Source: Tubulanus polymorphus
Lineage: Eukaryota; Animalia; Nemertea
DNA: 64,000 nucleotides
Direction of reading: 5' to 3'
Assembly: GCF_964204645.1 (NCBI RefSeq)
Contig: NC_134029.1
Location: 13,728,850-13,792,849 of the forward strand
Part shown: positions 13,514 to 26,766 of the stretch, piece after piece
Numbering within the stretch: the first letter of the stretch is position 1
Layout: the number at the start of each line of letters is the position of its first letter
Translations under genes and position numbers: made by a program
The notes under the pieces: model-generated
What the model was told of the DNA's origin: nothing
Database searches by the model: none
Seen by the model: the letters and a program-made list of their open reading frames with translations, nothing else

Positions 13514-14599
13514 TTATTCTTTTAATTTTACTAGATAAAATCCATTCATTAAATTTATCATCATAACCTTTATATTTCACCAAAGAATACTTTTTTCCTT
13601 TAAGAGTTTTTGTTTTCAATACTTTTTCTATTTTGTATTCTATTTCATCTGGATTTGGTACTAGTGATAATTCTTGTTCATAGAAATAACCTAATATTTC
13701 TTCATCTTTTATATCTTCTAATTTATAAACAAATGGTTTAGTTAATATTATCTTTTTAATCTCGAATATTTCTTCTGTAAAATTTGGAGTATAACCTTTA
13801 TAAAAAGTTTTTTCTATATTTAGATATTCTTACATGTTGTCCTATCTTAAATTTAGGTTCACCAAAATCATATGTAACAAATTCACCATATAAATTATTC
13901 CAAACTATTTCTGAATTATCTTCTTTTCTAGCTTGTATAGGTTTCATATTTATAGAACTATGTTTAGAATTATTATAACCTTTCACTAAATCATCTAAGA
14001 TATCGATAATTTTAATATGTTTCATTAGCAGTAAAATATTTCCACATTCTAGGTTTCAATGTTTTATTAAATCTTTCTATAATAGATGCTCTTTTATCTG
14101 AGTGTGTTGAAAAATATTCTACTTCGTTATCAGATAATAGTTTTTTAAAATGTTTGTTATGAAATTCCTTACCTTCATCAAATTGTATCTTATCTGGAAT
14201 AGCTTCTTTAAATATTGATTTAAAAGCATTTGTTACTTCTATACCAGTTTTATTTTTGATTGGAATTGACCATGCGTATCTACCGAATATGTCTATAACA
14301 TTTAATATCCAAAAATATCCTTTATTGTATTCTTATAAGTTCTTCATATCAATTAAATCTGCTTGCCATTGTTGATCGATATATGAAACCATAACTTTTC
14401 TTGTTAAATAATTTTTATCCATTTTCTTGTGGATTTGACATGTTGGTTGATTTTGTAACCATAATTTTAATTCACTATATTTTATATCACTATTTTCTTT
14501 ATTAGATTTAATTCTATCCCATAATTCTGTAACGCTAGAATATGGTACTTCACTCTCTGGGTTGTAATATAACTCTCTTAAATATTGTTCTTTTTTCAT
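13514..14599 (-). pseudogene. rve integrase with chromodomain, disrupted
   Basis: QQWQADLIDM motif and fragments colinear with 61094-62221. Confidence 0.85.
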
Positions 14600-14964
14600 C
14601 TTATTTTAATCCATTAATAATAATTTAGATTTAGTTTCAATGACTTTATGATTTAATTTATTTTCTGGTATGATAGGTTTATTATCATTGGAATCATCTT
14701 TATCATCAGATTTGAATTTTGATTTATATATTACACTAGAGAATATAATAACTGTTACTAATCCAATTTTAATATATAATTTATTATTACTTCCAGCATT
14801 AGAAGCATTAGATGGATTATTATTTGAATCAATTTTAGATAAAGTCTGTGACTCATTTATATCAGTTAATTTCTTTTTCTTAGCTTTTTTAATTCTGCAG
14901 ATCTTTTACCTAATTCTCTTGCCCATTTAATTTGTTTCTCGGATCTAGGCTTTTCTTAACGCTA

Positions 14965-15573
14965 TCACTCATTTATTTTAGTTAATTTTTGTTCTGATTC
15001 ATTTTCTGTTTCACCGTTTGGTTGCCGTACGGCGCCATCTGTTTCGTTCTTACCTGATTTATATTCTATAGGCTTGATATTCGAAAATGTTATGACGCCA
15101 GTAGAAATTAATGTCATTATTCCACCTAATTGAAATGAAGCGTATCCAACCCATTTTTGTAATTCTGTCATAACTAAGTAGTCATTTTTCAAATCATTAT
15201 ATAATTTATTTTCATCATCAATTGACATTAACCGGTTACATAATTTTGAATAACATTTTATAATACCATCTGAAATAGAATCATTTATTCTAGCTAATCT
15301 TGCCTTTTCATAAATCTTAGAATATTTTATTACTTTATCTGGCTTCATAGAGTCTAATTCTTGAAAAGTAATGATCTTAGTTAAAAACTCTTTACATTTA
15401 CCACTAGCAATTAATAATTCTAGATGGTGCTTACAATATAAGTAGTATTCATAATCAATATTACAATTAATATTATTTTCAATTTTGGTCGGAATATCTT
15501 TATTATCACTAATGCCCAAATCATTTAATGTTTTTTCAAAAACATTAAATATAAAATCTATAATTACAAACAT
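14965..15573 (-). CDS. conserved element protein, homologue of 63114-63719
   Basis: YEYYLYCKH.LE.LIASGK shared with 63114 and 40027; N-terminus probably replaced. Confidence 0.6.
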   Translation of the reverse strand: MFVIIDFIFNVFEKTLNDLGISDNKDIPTKIENNINCNIDYEYYLYCKHHLELLIASGKCKEFLTKIITFQELDSMKPDKVIKYSKIYEKARLARINDSISDGIIKCYSKLCNRLMSIDDENKLYNDLKNDYLVMTELQKWVGYASFQLGGIMTLISTGVITFSNIKPIEYKSGKNETDGAVRQPNGETENESEQKLTKINE

Positions 15574-16259
15574 TTTTTCACTTACCGGTAAATATTTAAC
15601 TACATCAACAAATGTTAAACTTAATCATTGGAATTTTTGGAATAGTCTTAATGTTTTTGAAATTCTTATATAGTTTCTTCGTCGATCTTTTGTGATTCTT
15701 GTGCTTCTACGCCAATTTATATTGGTTCGATATCCATTGCTGTCGATTCCTCAGAAAGAGTATCTTGAGTTTCTCTATCGCTTCTTGATGTGTATGACAT
15801 TTTATTAATCTAAAAGATATTAGTGGTAACTCTAACTATCTAAAAGATATACTAAATACACTTAAATATATTTAAAGGTTTCATATTTAGTAGCCCCCCT
15901 TTCCCTACTTCATAATAACTACAAAAAACGGTACTTACATTTAGATTTAGAACTATAAACTATAAACTTTTAAACTATAAACTCCTAATCGCGTTTCGAG
16001 AGAGAATATCCTATACGTCCTATATGCACCATCTATTCAGTTCGGGCGCGCCTTCCAGAATGATCTAATGTGTCTGCGGCTTATTATGACTCATTATGTC
16101 TGGCGGTCGTCATGGAAACGCATGACGACAGCTGTGAATTAATAGGCTTAATGAAATAGTTCTTTACATGAAATGTAACAGGTGTTCTAGTGTAAGCAAA
16201 AGCTATGTATTATATACATACAAGGCCAAAATAGAGTTGCCGGTTTTCTAACCACTGAT

Positions 16260-19200
16260 TAAAAGCTCAGAATGTGGTTGATTCTGTGAAATACTATTCC
16301 ATAATTCAACAAATGTCTTTGCTTTAACCAGTTGACCTAAATATAACTGTAAATCTAGTTTATTAGATTTAATTATGTTTTCCTTCTTTTCTAAAAGTCT
16401 TAAATTTCCATTATTCTTATTTCTAATATGACTTTTAGATTTTAAATGTTCTTTATAATATCTTTTATCATATATTGTTGTAAATAACTTAGTTACAGCT
16501 GTTAGAATTGAAAGAATTGTTATACCTTCTAACTTAAATAATAATTTTATTCTATCTTTTAATGATATTTCAGAATTTGGTTTTATCAACAAATCTTTAA
16601 AAATTACTTTTAATCTATTAATATTATAATCATATGATTTTTTTTAAATAATTTAATTTCTTCTTTCTGTAATTCTATGTTATATTCTAAATCATCTTTT
16701 TCTTTTTCTAAATATGCATTTCTTTTTTTAAATTCAATTTCTTCAACAACTTTTTTATCTCTATCTTATTTTAATTGTTCTATTTCTTATCTAATTTTAT
16801 CAGTTCTATCTTTTTTCTAAAGTTCTAATTTTAAAATCTCTTATACTTGTATCATGCGCAATTTTATCAGATGCAAGTCTTTTACTAATAATTTCTCTAA
16901 TCGCTTCATCAGAAAATATATTTAAATCTTCTAATTCTTGATTTGTTGCATCAAGTAATCCATTTGGTAAAAGTTCTTCAATTGGAGCTTTATTTGATTT
17001 AAGTTTACCAGAAGTTGTTTCTGTTTCTAAATTATTATTGATTGTTTCAAATAAGTCATTAATTCTTTGTTTAAATATACTTTTATTTTTGATTTATTTC
17101 TTCTTGTGTAACTTTTTCTATTTTATTACTATTACTTATTCTTTTAATTCTAGATGGTTCTAAATTACTCAATGTTGATTCTGCTAATATTTCGTTTTGT
17201 TTTTTATAAGAGATATCAATATAATAATTATCTTTCAAATGATAATAATATTCACCATCTAAAGATTTTAATTCTCTTACTAAATATCTAGCACCTCTAT
17301 CATTTATATTATATCCAGATCTTTCAAATATAGGTTTGAAATGATAAATGTATTCATTATATTCTAAATTTTGTTTTACTAAATCTGAATTTTCATTTTC
17401 AGGATTTATTCTCGATTTAGTTTTAGTTCTTCCATCAAACTCGTCTGTTGAAGGGGCTTTAGAACCACTATCTGCTAAATTAGAATTATATGCTGATCCA
17501 TCATCATTATCCATATTAGTTTCATAAAAATCGGGTTGTGGTTCATCAGGTATAAATCCTTCATTATTATTCCCCATTTCTCCCATTTCATAAGCTTCTC
17601 CACTTTCTACTTCCATTTATATCCTATAAAAATTAAAATTTAAAATATAATATTCCTCCTATTACAATTCCTATAAAAGTTAATTTAGTAGGCTAATTTA
17701 GTATTTGCATGTGATTTATTACCATTATTAGTTTTAATTATTTCATGTTGAATAATATCAGTTTTTATATTTTCTGATGTATTGTAATCTTTTATTTTAG
17801 AATCATTATTTAATTTGATATTCTTAGTTTTAGTTTTAGTTGATTGAATATGTTTTTTAATTTTTTCACCTTCCATTAGTTTTGGAGCAGTAATAATCTT
17901 TTTATTTATGTCATTTAATCCAAATGAATTTTTCATTGTTGCAGTCTTAATTAAATTATTATAACCAATTATATTGCCCATCTTTAATATTAAATCATCA
18001 GAAGTGATTAATAATTTGGGTCCTATACAATGATTTAATCTAACATGAGATTTATCTAAATAATTTTGATACCTAACTATGTTTTCTGGAATCGATCTAT
18101 TTTTATCATTATGAATGGAATCTTCAAATAAAACTTTAATTTTTTTTGTGTGTATCAAATGATGTATTTAAGTTTCTAATTATTGGGGATCTTGTTTCAA
18201 CTTGCGCGCCTAGTATGCAAATTAGATAAGTTCTAATTGATTGATTTATTCTTTGTATACCAGCTTTACTAAATCCTTCGCTATTTTCTAAAATGAAATA
18301 AACCCAACCATTACTGTTTGCTTGTTTTAAATTATCATAGAATTTCGGTAATTTATTGAAATTTCATGTTTCTAAATCCTTAGTTTCTATTTTACCATAA
18401 CCTAATTTATTATTATAGATATTATAAAAAGTATTAGATGGTATGGGAAGTGTACAATATGCTGCAACATTTTCAGGGCAAGGAAGTGATCTTATTGTTC
18501 CAATTTTTGTTCCAAAATCAGAATGATCTATATCTATATTAAATTCATTACAAATTTTATAAAACTTTGATAAATCAATATTATTATCTAATTCTTTAAA
18601 ATATTTAGATCCTAGCAAAGGAGTCTCTAATTCATTTAATATTAATCTTATTTGAAAATAAGTATGGAATCTAAATAAACTTTGAATTGATTTATATTTA
18701 GAATTATTCAAATGATCATTCCAACTTATTCCACATCCCGTTGTAGCACAATAAACAGCAAAATTTAATTGGTTCTGCGAATACTTCATATCAGATTTTA
18801 ATAACCATTTTTTTTCATCTTTCAATTTTCTAAAATCAATCAAATATACATGAAATATATTTTCCATCTTAACATTAAAATTATTAGTTTCAGTAACACA
18901 AATATCTAAATTGATTAATGAATTTAAAACTTCATTTATCTTGTTCTACAAGTGTTATATTATCATTTAAACTCATTATATAATCTAATGTATTTTTTAA
19001 TTTATCAATTTCTTTTATATTAGATTTTTCTTTTCTTTATTACTTTTTATATTTAATTTTGAACTTATGCCAGTTAAAACACTTGAACTTAATCCTAAAG
19101 CTCCAATTGAGATAGCTAAAGGTGTTAATGGTGAGAATAATGCTAGAAATGTAATTACAGAACTAATTGTAACTGAACCACTAATAATAAAATAACATAT

Positions 19201-19825
19201 CATTTTATATTTTAAATATTTTTTCTTTTCTATCTTTAAGTCACTTTCAAATTCTAATATTTGGTTTTCCAAATATAATTTTAATTTAGTTTTATTTATA
19301 TCATGAGGAATAATATCAATATAATCAACTTTATCAACCATTTATTTAGAAAAGAAATTACTTATTAGTAAATTTATAAGCAACAAATAATACAATAACT
19401 GTTCCACCTAAAATCCAAATTATTTCATATCTCTTCTGTTCATTACTTGGTGTATAATAATCTGATAATTTAGGTTTATATAGATGTAATTTTTCTTTAT
19501 TTGTTACTGCTTTATATAAACTCATAGCTTCATCGACTGATTGAAAATCTCTATGTGTAATTTTCTGATTATATAATTCTTTATTGATCTCTATATTCTT
19601 CTGCAGCTTTATTATATTTCTCTAACGCTAAATTATGTCATCTTTGTTCTCCTAACGAACTATTTTTATCAATATATTTAAATAAATATCCACCACCAGT
19701 AAATGCCAAAGCGTTAACAATTGCCGATCCTATAATAGTTATAATTGCAGATGCCATTTATTTATTAAGAAATTACGCGTTAATAGGAGGAATATATTTT
19801 TGTTTTTCCAAATAATCAATAGTTG
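16260..19825 (-). mobile_element. degenerate Polinton-like copy 3, structural gene block on minus strand
   Basis: Broken homologues of 56099, 56541 (19015-19341), 56992 (17685-18867) and 58337 (17083-17616); cut by the Penelope-like element at 19826. Confidence 0.85.
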
Positions 19826-19938
19826 AACGATGACCACACTCAAACGTGGTGAACGGATAATAAGATAAAATCCCACTATTTACAGATTAAAAGAATTAAA
19901 AACCAGAATTTATTTATTAAATCTCAAATATTTAAAAG

Positions 19939-19980
19939 ACACGACGTTTCGATCTCACCCTAGAGATCATCGTCAGGTGT
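19939..19980 (-). ncRNA. minimal type I hammerhead ribozyme in the PLE pseudo-LTR
   Basis: Reverse complement ACAC-CTGACGA-T-GATCTC-TAGGGT-GAGATC-GAAAC-GTC^GTGT: both core boxes, 6-bp stem II, 4-bp stem I, palindromic ACGT stem III. Confidence 0.85.
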
Positions 19981-20057
19981 GAGAAATAGACTAAAAACAG
20001 GGGTATATATACAGAGGAGGACAGGTTAATTGAGTAAATTGGTGAGTGAGTAAATAA

Positions 20058-21282
20058 TTAGTGTTTGGCAAGGCATGAAGTAATATACTTAGAAAGAAGG
20101 GAATTATGCAGAGAAAAGCCATTATTTAAATTGGTACTAATATCTGAGTGACGAGTAATTAGGGCAGACTCAACTATGTGGCGTTTAGTGTAATTGCTGG
20201 AAGTATAAATAATTTCGGCTTTATCAAAATTAAAACGATGACCAGTGTTCCAAACGTGATTGGCTACGCCACTAGCCACTTTTTGATTTATTATATCCTT
20301 TTTGTGTTCCGAAATTCGAGTTTTTAAATCACGACCAGTTTCTCCAAAATAAATTTTATCGCAGCCAAAACAAGGAATTTTGTAAACTCCGCAGTCCAAA
20401 GGTTTAGATTGATTGTTTTTAACCAAAGTCTTACTAATTTTGTTTTCATACGTGAAAATGATTTGTTTATCCAATAAAGGGAGAGAGTGACGAAACTTTT
20501 CCAAAACAGGTACATACGGAACTACAATGAACTCGGAAATGTGTTTTTTTATTTTCTGGAGGTTTAGAATTGAAGAAGGTACGTTTAGCCTTAGAAATAG
20601 CGATTTTCAAAATGTGATCAGGGTAAGCCAATTTTCTAAGAGAGTTGGATATATGGTCAAATTCAGCCGAAAGGAAGGTTTCATCGCAGATCCGCAGTGC
20701 ACGGAGAAAGAGGCCTTGAGCGAGACCGATTTTGATTGATTTGGCAGTAAACGAAAAGAAGTGAAGGTATGCCTCGGCATTAATAGGTTTACGGTAGATT
20801 GAGAAAATCAAATGAGAAAATTTATTGTGAATTAGAACATCTAAAAACGGAATTTGGTCATTTTGGTCCCATTCAAAAGTGAATTTCAAAGATGGATATT
20901 GGGAGTTGATGAAGTCGATAAAAGAGGTAAGATCAAAATTATCAGAAACTAAGCATAGAATGTCATCTACATATCTAATCCAAAAGTTAGGTTTAGAGCC
21001 AGCGTACTTAGGGAGAATTTCGGATTCAAAGTGTTCAAGGAAAAGATTAGCCAAAATCGGGGATAATGGGTTACCCATAGCGAAACCGAAAATTTGTTCA
21101 TAGAATTTGTCTTGGAATTGGAAATATAAATTGGTAGTACAGAGTTCCAAAAGTTCAAGTAAACATTCTACAGGAATTGGGAGATCAAGATTGGAGTCCG
21201 GGAGTTTTCTTGTTAAGAAATTGAAAGTTGGTTCCAATGGTATATTAGTGAACAGGGAAACAGCGTCGAAAGATATAAATTT
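20058..21282 (-). pseudogene. Penelope RT plus GIY-YIG endonuclease, frameshifted near 20500
   Basis: ORFs 20467-21237 and 20058-20504. Confidence 0.9.
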
Positions 21283-22317
21283 CGTGTCTTTTAAATATTT
21301 TAGATTTAATAAATAAGTTCTGGTTTTTAATTCTTTTAATCTGTAAATAGTGGGATTTTATCTTATTATCCGTTCACCACGTTTGAGTGTGGTCATCGTT
21401 CTATTATGTTACCCTTGGATTTTAATTTGGCTTTGAAATTCTTATTCATAACCTTTCCTCATTTGATCTTTGCTTTTCGAAAATACGAATCTGCTGCTTA
21501 TAAAGCTCACAAATCCAAAGAAAACGTCATATTTCTTCAAAAATGTCTCCAATAACAGGTTATTCCTAAATCTCTGAATTGGTTGAATGAATTCAAATCA
21601 GATCAACCATTTTCCAATGAAGCAGCATCTCATCTAAGACATTGCATTTTGGAAGCAAAAGAAACTACCAACTCCAATTTCTATAAAATGCGACAAGCAG
21701 AACGTTTTCTCAGACACCATATACCTGATGGTTTCCTTTGGCACTCTCTTCATTCAGGCATCAAGAATCTTTGCGTGGTACATCGTCTAAAGAAAAATTC
21801 GCATTTCTCTTCCATTCTGATTAAATTAATCGACAACAGCCCTTGGACCAAATTTTGCGCTACTGATAATGTTGTCAATCTATCTTCGGCTAAATTAACC
21901 AAAACACAAATTCAAGTTCTCGGTTTAGGATTAAATTTCTCTCTCCCGCATATAAACCAACACATTCTGGATTTCGTTGAACGTATGGAAAGATCTCCTC
22001 CGGCTAGTTTTCATTACAATTTTATATTCATGAATTTGGACACCATTTGGAATACCCTTCAAGGTCAATCTAATCAGTTCTTTCCTCGGAGATTTTCGAT
22101 TGCTCTCCAGGAACTTAAATTCATCAAAACCATCCGCATCTCCAAGGCTGATAAAGGCGGCAAAATTGTTATTCAAGATTTGATCAATTGCAATTCTAAA
22201 TTGTTTGCTATTCTCGATGATTCCAATTTCTACAAATCCATCAAAAACAACCCTTTGAAAAAGATGCAATCAGCTTTTAATTTAGGTTTAAAAAACATCT
22301 CTAAGAAATTTCCTGAC
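21283..22317 (+). mobile_element. Penelope-like retroelement, 5' part (pseudo-LTR and ORF start), interrupted by the complete Polinton
   Basis: VVNLSS, LGLGLNF and KADKG motifs; the frame continues after 42612. Confidence 0.9.
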
Positions 22318-22840
<523 letters not shown>

Positions 22841-25099
22841 AATGTGTAAAATCAATTTAAAAAAAAAATTTAGTATTAAAATGGAAACAAATAAGTACTA
22901 CTGTTCAACATGTAAAATCAATATAGATAAATCCCAAAAATCAAGACACGATAAAACTAAAACACATTTAGAGAATAAATTAAAACTAGAATATGAAGAT
23001 GATATATTAGAATCTAAATTAGATGAATTAAAGAATGAAAAAGAAATATATAAATGTGATACATGTAATCAATCATTCAGTGATAAAAGATATTATAAAG
23101 AACATTTAAAATCTTAAGTCATATTACAAATAAGAATAATGATATTTTAGGTGAAGATTATTTTGATAATGATAACGATAAGAAACATAAGACAATTAAA
23201 AGAATAAGAAATAAATTAAACAATAAAAGACCATACATGGAAGATGTAAGAAATTATATTAATTCATTAGATAATAAAAAAGATATAGAGATAACCGAAG
23301 CATTTAAAGGTGATATTGGTCCAGCAGCTATTGAGTTTAAATCTTATAAAGGAAAAACATTAGAAGAAAATAAAAAACATTTAGAAAATATGAAAAATAT
23401 TATGAAAATAATCACTGATGTTGAATACCCTAAAATTAGTATATCAGTTAAAGTAAAGTTTATAAAATCTGAGGATAAACCAATATATAATATAAATTCT
23501 CATTCACAACATATTATATCTAAACAACATATAGATGATAAATTTGAATTATTATGTTATAATGAAGTAAAAACTAAAATAGAAGAGAAATATTTTGAAG
23601 GATCTGGTTTAATATTTGATGAAATAATATTTATGACTTTACATGTGTATAACACAAAATATAATAAGTTAACTAAATCAAAACCAATAGATGAAAATAA
23701 TGTACATATTACAAAGAACCAGATATTGAAGCATCGAGTTATATTAGACTACCATTTAAAACTAATGCTGTTATAAATGTACAAAATTTTGATGATAAAT
23801 GTTTTCTATGGACAATTATAAGTTGCTTACATCAAACAGAATATATTACACATAGTTTTAGATTAACAAATTATAAACAATTTGAAAATAATTATAAGAT
23901 AGATAAGTATCCAGTTAGAATTAAAAACATCCAAAAAATAGAAAGAGATAATAATTTAAGAATAAATGTATTTGATTTAATAAAATTACCAAAAACAAAA
24001 GGCAACAATATAAAACATTTTACATTAGAACCTTTATACCTATCAAAAGATTATGATTCAAATGATGTTATAGATATATTATATTATGAAAATCATTATA
24101 TGTGGATTACACAAATCGATTTATTCTTTCGAACAGAAAGTGATCATCATCGTAAAATTTATCTATGTAGAAAATGTTTACATAGATTCAGTAATGAAAG
24201 TACATTATTAAATCATAAACAATTATGTGATAATCATGATTATTGTAAATTAGTTTTACCAAATGAAAAGGATAAAATATTAGAATTCAAAAATTATGAT
24301 TACAAAAATAAAGTACCATTTGTTATATATGGAGATTTTGAATCATTAAATAAAGAATTAACTGATCAAGATAGAAAAGAAATATATTATAAAAGAAAGA
24401 AATTAAATTCTAATGAAAATGATTTTTCAGATGAACCACCAAAAACAAATACAATTTAAAAAATTCATCAATCAGCTGCTGCTTTCGGGTTATATAAAAA
24501 ATCTGATTATCCTGAACTAATTGAAAGTGAATATTATCATTATAGAAATGAAAATGTAATCAATCATTTTTGTGACTTATTAATTGAATATGAAATAAGA
24601 TTTAGTAAATTATTGAATATAAATAAAGAAATAATTATGACAGAAGAAGATAAAGAAGAATTTGTGTTTACAGGTAAATGTTATTATTGTGAAAAGATAT
24701 TTAATTATAAAGATAAAATATAGCTGCAAAGCAGCGATAACGGGTTTTCTGCACAGTCTTAGAATCCTGTTCAACGGTGGATTTCAACAAAGCATTTGAT
24801 AAGGCTCAACATCAGCCTTTACTAAACAGGCTATTAGGAAACAGTATCAATGATAGGTCGCCCAAATGGCTCAGCAGTTATCTCTGAACGGAAACTTGTA
24901 ACCGAAATCAACGTAACGCCTCATCTTGGAATGAGACGGTCTAACTAGTGGAGTCACGCAAGGTAGTATCCTAAGTCGTCTTCTGTTTAATGTCCTGACA
25001 AATGACATACACAGTAATCCAAAATATACCAGACCGAGTAAATTTCCAAAACGACCTTTACACACTGTTCGACCAAAAAACTTAATGTTCCGACAAAAC

Positions 25100-25397
25100 C
25101 ACGGGCGACAAAACCAAAATTATGAATTGTCGCGGGTGACAAAACCAAAATATTGAATTGTCACGGGTGACAAAACAAAAATAATGAATTGTCGTGGGCG
25201 ATAAAACCAAAATAATGAATTGTCGCGGGCGATAAAACCACAATAATGAATTGTCGCGGGCGTTAAAACCAAAATATTGAATTGTCGCGGGCGATAAAAC
25301 CAAAATAATGAATTGTCGCGGACGGCAAAAACAAAATATTGAATTGTTGCGTGCGACAAAACCAAAATAATGAATTGTCGCGGGCGACAAAACCAAA
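25100..25397. repeat. 31-bp minisatellite, first block
   Basis: Unit AATTGTCGCGGGCGACAAAACCAAAATAATG. Confidence 0.95.
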
Positions 25398-26766
25398 CTA
25401 GGGGTCCAGGGACACCATGCTCACTTGGGAAGTGGTTTCAAATGCTCAACAATCTAACAATTTCAATACATAACGCCCTCTAGTGACCATATACAAAAAC
25501 CAATGACCTTGAAACCCACCACAATCATAGAACATGTGAGCAGCTATGATTTTGTAATTGATTGTGATAACAAAATATGCCTCGTTACCAATTTAATATA
25601 GAAATACTAAGTTATTCTACTATTCAACGCCCCCTGGTGACCATATGCAAAACCCAATGACCTTAAAACTCACCACAATCGTAGTACATGTCATGAAATA
25701 CAACTTTGCAATTGATCATAGTAACAAAATATGCCTAGGTACCAATCTAATAAGGAAATACTAAGCCATTCTACTATTCAGCGCCCCCTGGTGACTATAT
25801 GGAATAACTAATGTCCTTAAAAACTTACCACAATCATAGACGATGTCATGAACTACAACTTTGCAATGGATCATGGTAACAAACTATGCCTAGGTACCAA
25901 TCTAATAAGGAAAAACTAAGCTTTTCTACTATTCATCGCCCCCTGGTGACTATATGGAATAACTAATGTCCTTAAAAACTCACTACAATCATAGACGATG
26001 TCATGAACTACAACTTTGCAATTGATCATGGTAACAAAATATGCCTTGGTACAAATATAATATAGCGATACTAAGTTATTGTATTATTCAACGCCCCCTG
26101 ATGGCCACATACAAAAACCAATGACCTTGAATCTCACCAAAATCATAGAACACGTTATGGGCTACAACTTTCCAATTGAATATAGTAACACAATATGCTT
26201 AGGTATCAATTTAATGGCCTCCAATTGCGTCATAATTGGCTGATCAAAATACCTGTCCCAGGTATAAAACATCCCTCTCTAAAGAATACCCAACAGCAAT
26301 TGCAATGAGAAATGTCAAACCAGTAGGAAGCTACAGGACCTAGAATTCTGGCCAAAATTGACATTTTTGGGCACTAAAAAGGTCATAGGACGGCCATCTT
26401 GAGTCAGATCGACCCAATTTTCTTATGCTGATGGGCCTTTGGTAGATTCAAATATAAACGAAAGATCAAGGTAATTGATCAAAGCGTCTTCAAAATTTCC
26501 CACGAAAACTTCGAAAATGTTCAAAAAGTGCTGATTATGGCAAACAACAATGGCTGCCAGTCGACCATCTTGAATCTGACAGGGCCAGTTTTTGGGCTGA
26601 CGATGTGTCTAGGGTAGATACATGTACAAACCAAATATCAAGACATTACCTTGAAGCGTCTTCAAAACTTCCCGAAATAACTGGATTCCGTCTATGGACG
26701 GACGGACGGACGGACGAAAAGTGAACGCAATAGCCCGCTGGGACTAAAGTCCCAAGTGGACTGAAA
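25397..26766. mobile_element. possible non-autonomous Helentron-type (HINE/DINE-like) element nested in the minisatellite
   Basis: Internal tandem repeats, (GGAC)n at 26696-26716, terminal hairpin TGGGACT-AA-AGTCCCA and an A-run flank. Confidence 0.45.
25470..26220. repeat. about 5 tandem copies of a ~155-bp unit
   Basis: CGCCCCCTGGTGAC-like anchor recurs near 25474, 25627, 25782, 25937 and 26092. Confidence 0.9.

Larger units (their letters stand above)
8320..15573. mobile_element. degenerate Polinton-like copy 2: structural genes on +, ATPase/integrase block on -
   Basis: Broken homologues of 56099, 56541, 56992, 58337, MCP, ATPase, integrase and 63114; same layout as 22318-42606. Confidence 0.85.
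19826..21282 (-). mobile_element. Penelope-like retroelement, inverted 5'-truncated copy (RT 3' half, GIY-YIG, pseudo-LTR)
   Basis: RT motifs GFAMGNPLSP and RYVDD; GIY-YIG GVYKIPC..C..IYFGETGR...RISEH; 19826-19943 is repeated inverted at 21283-21401. Confidence 0.93.
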
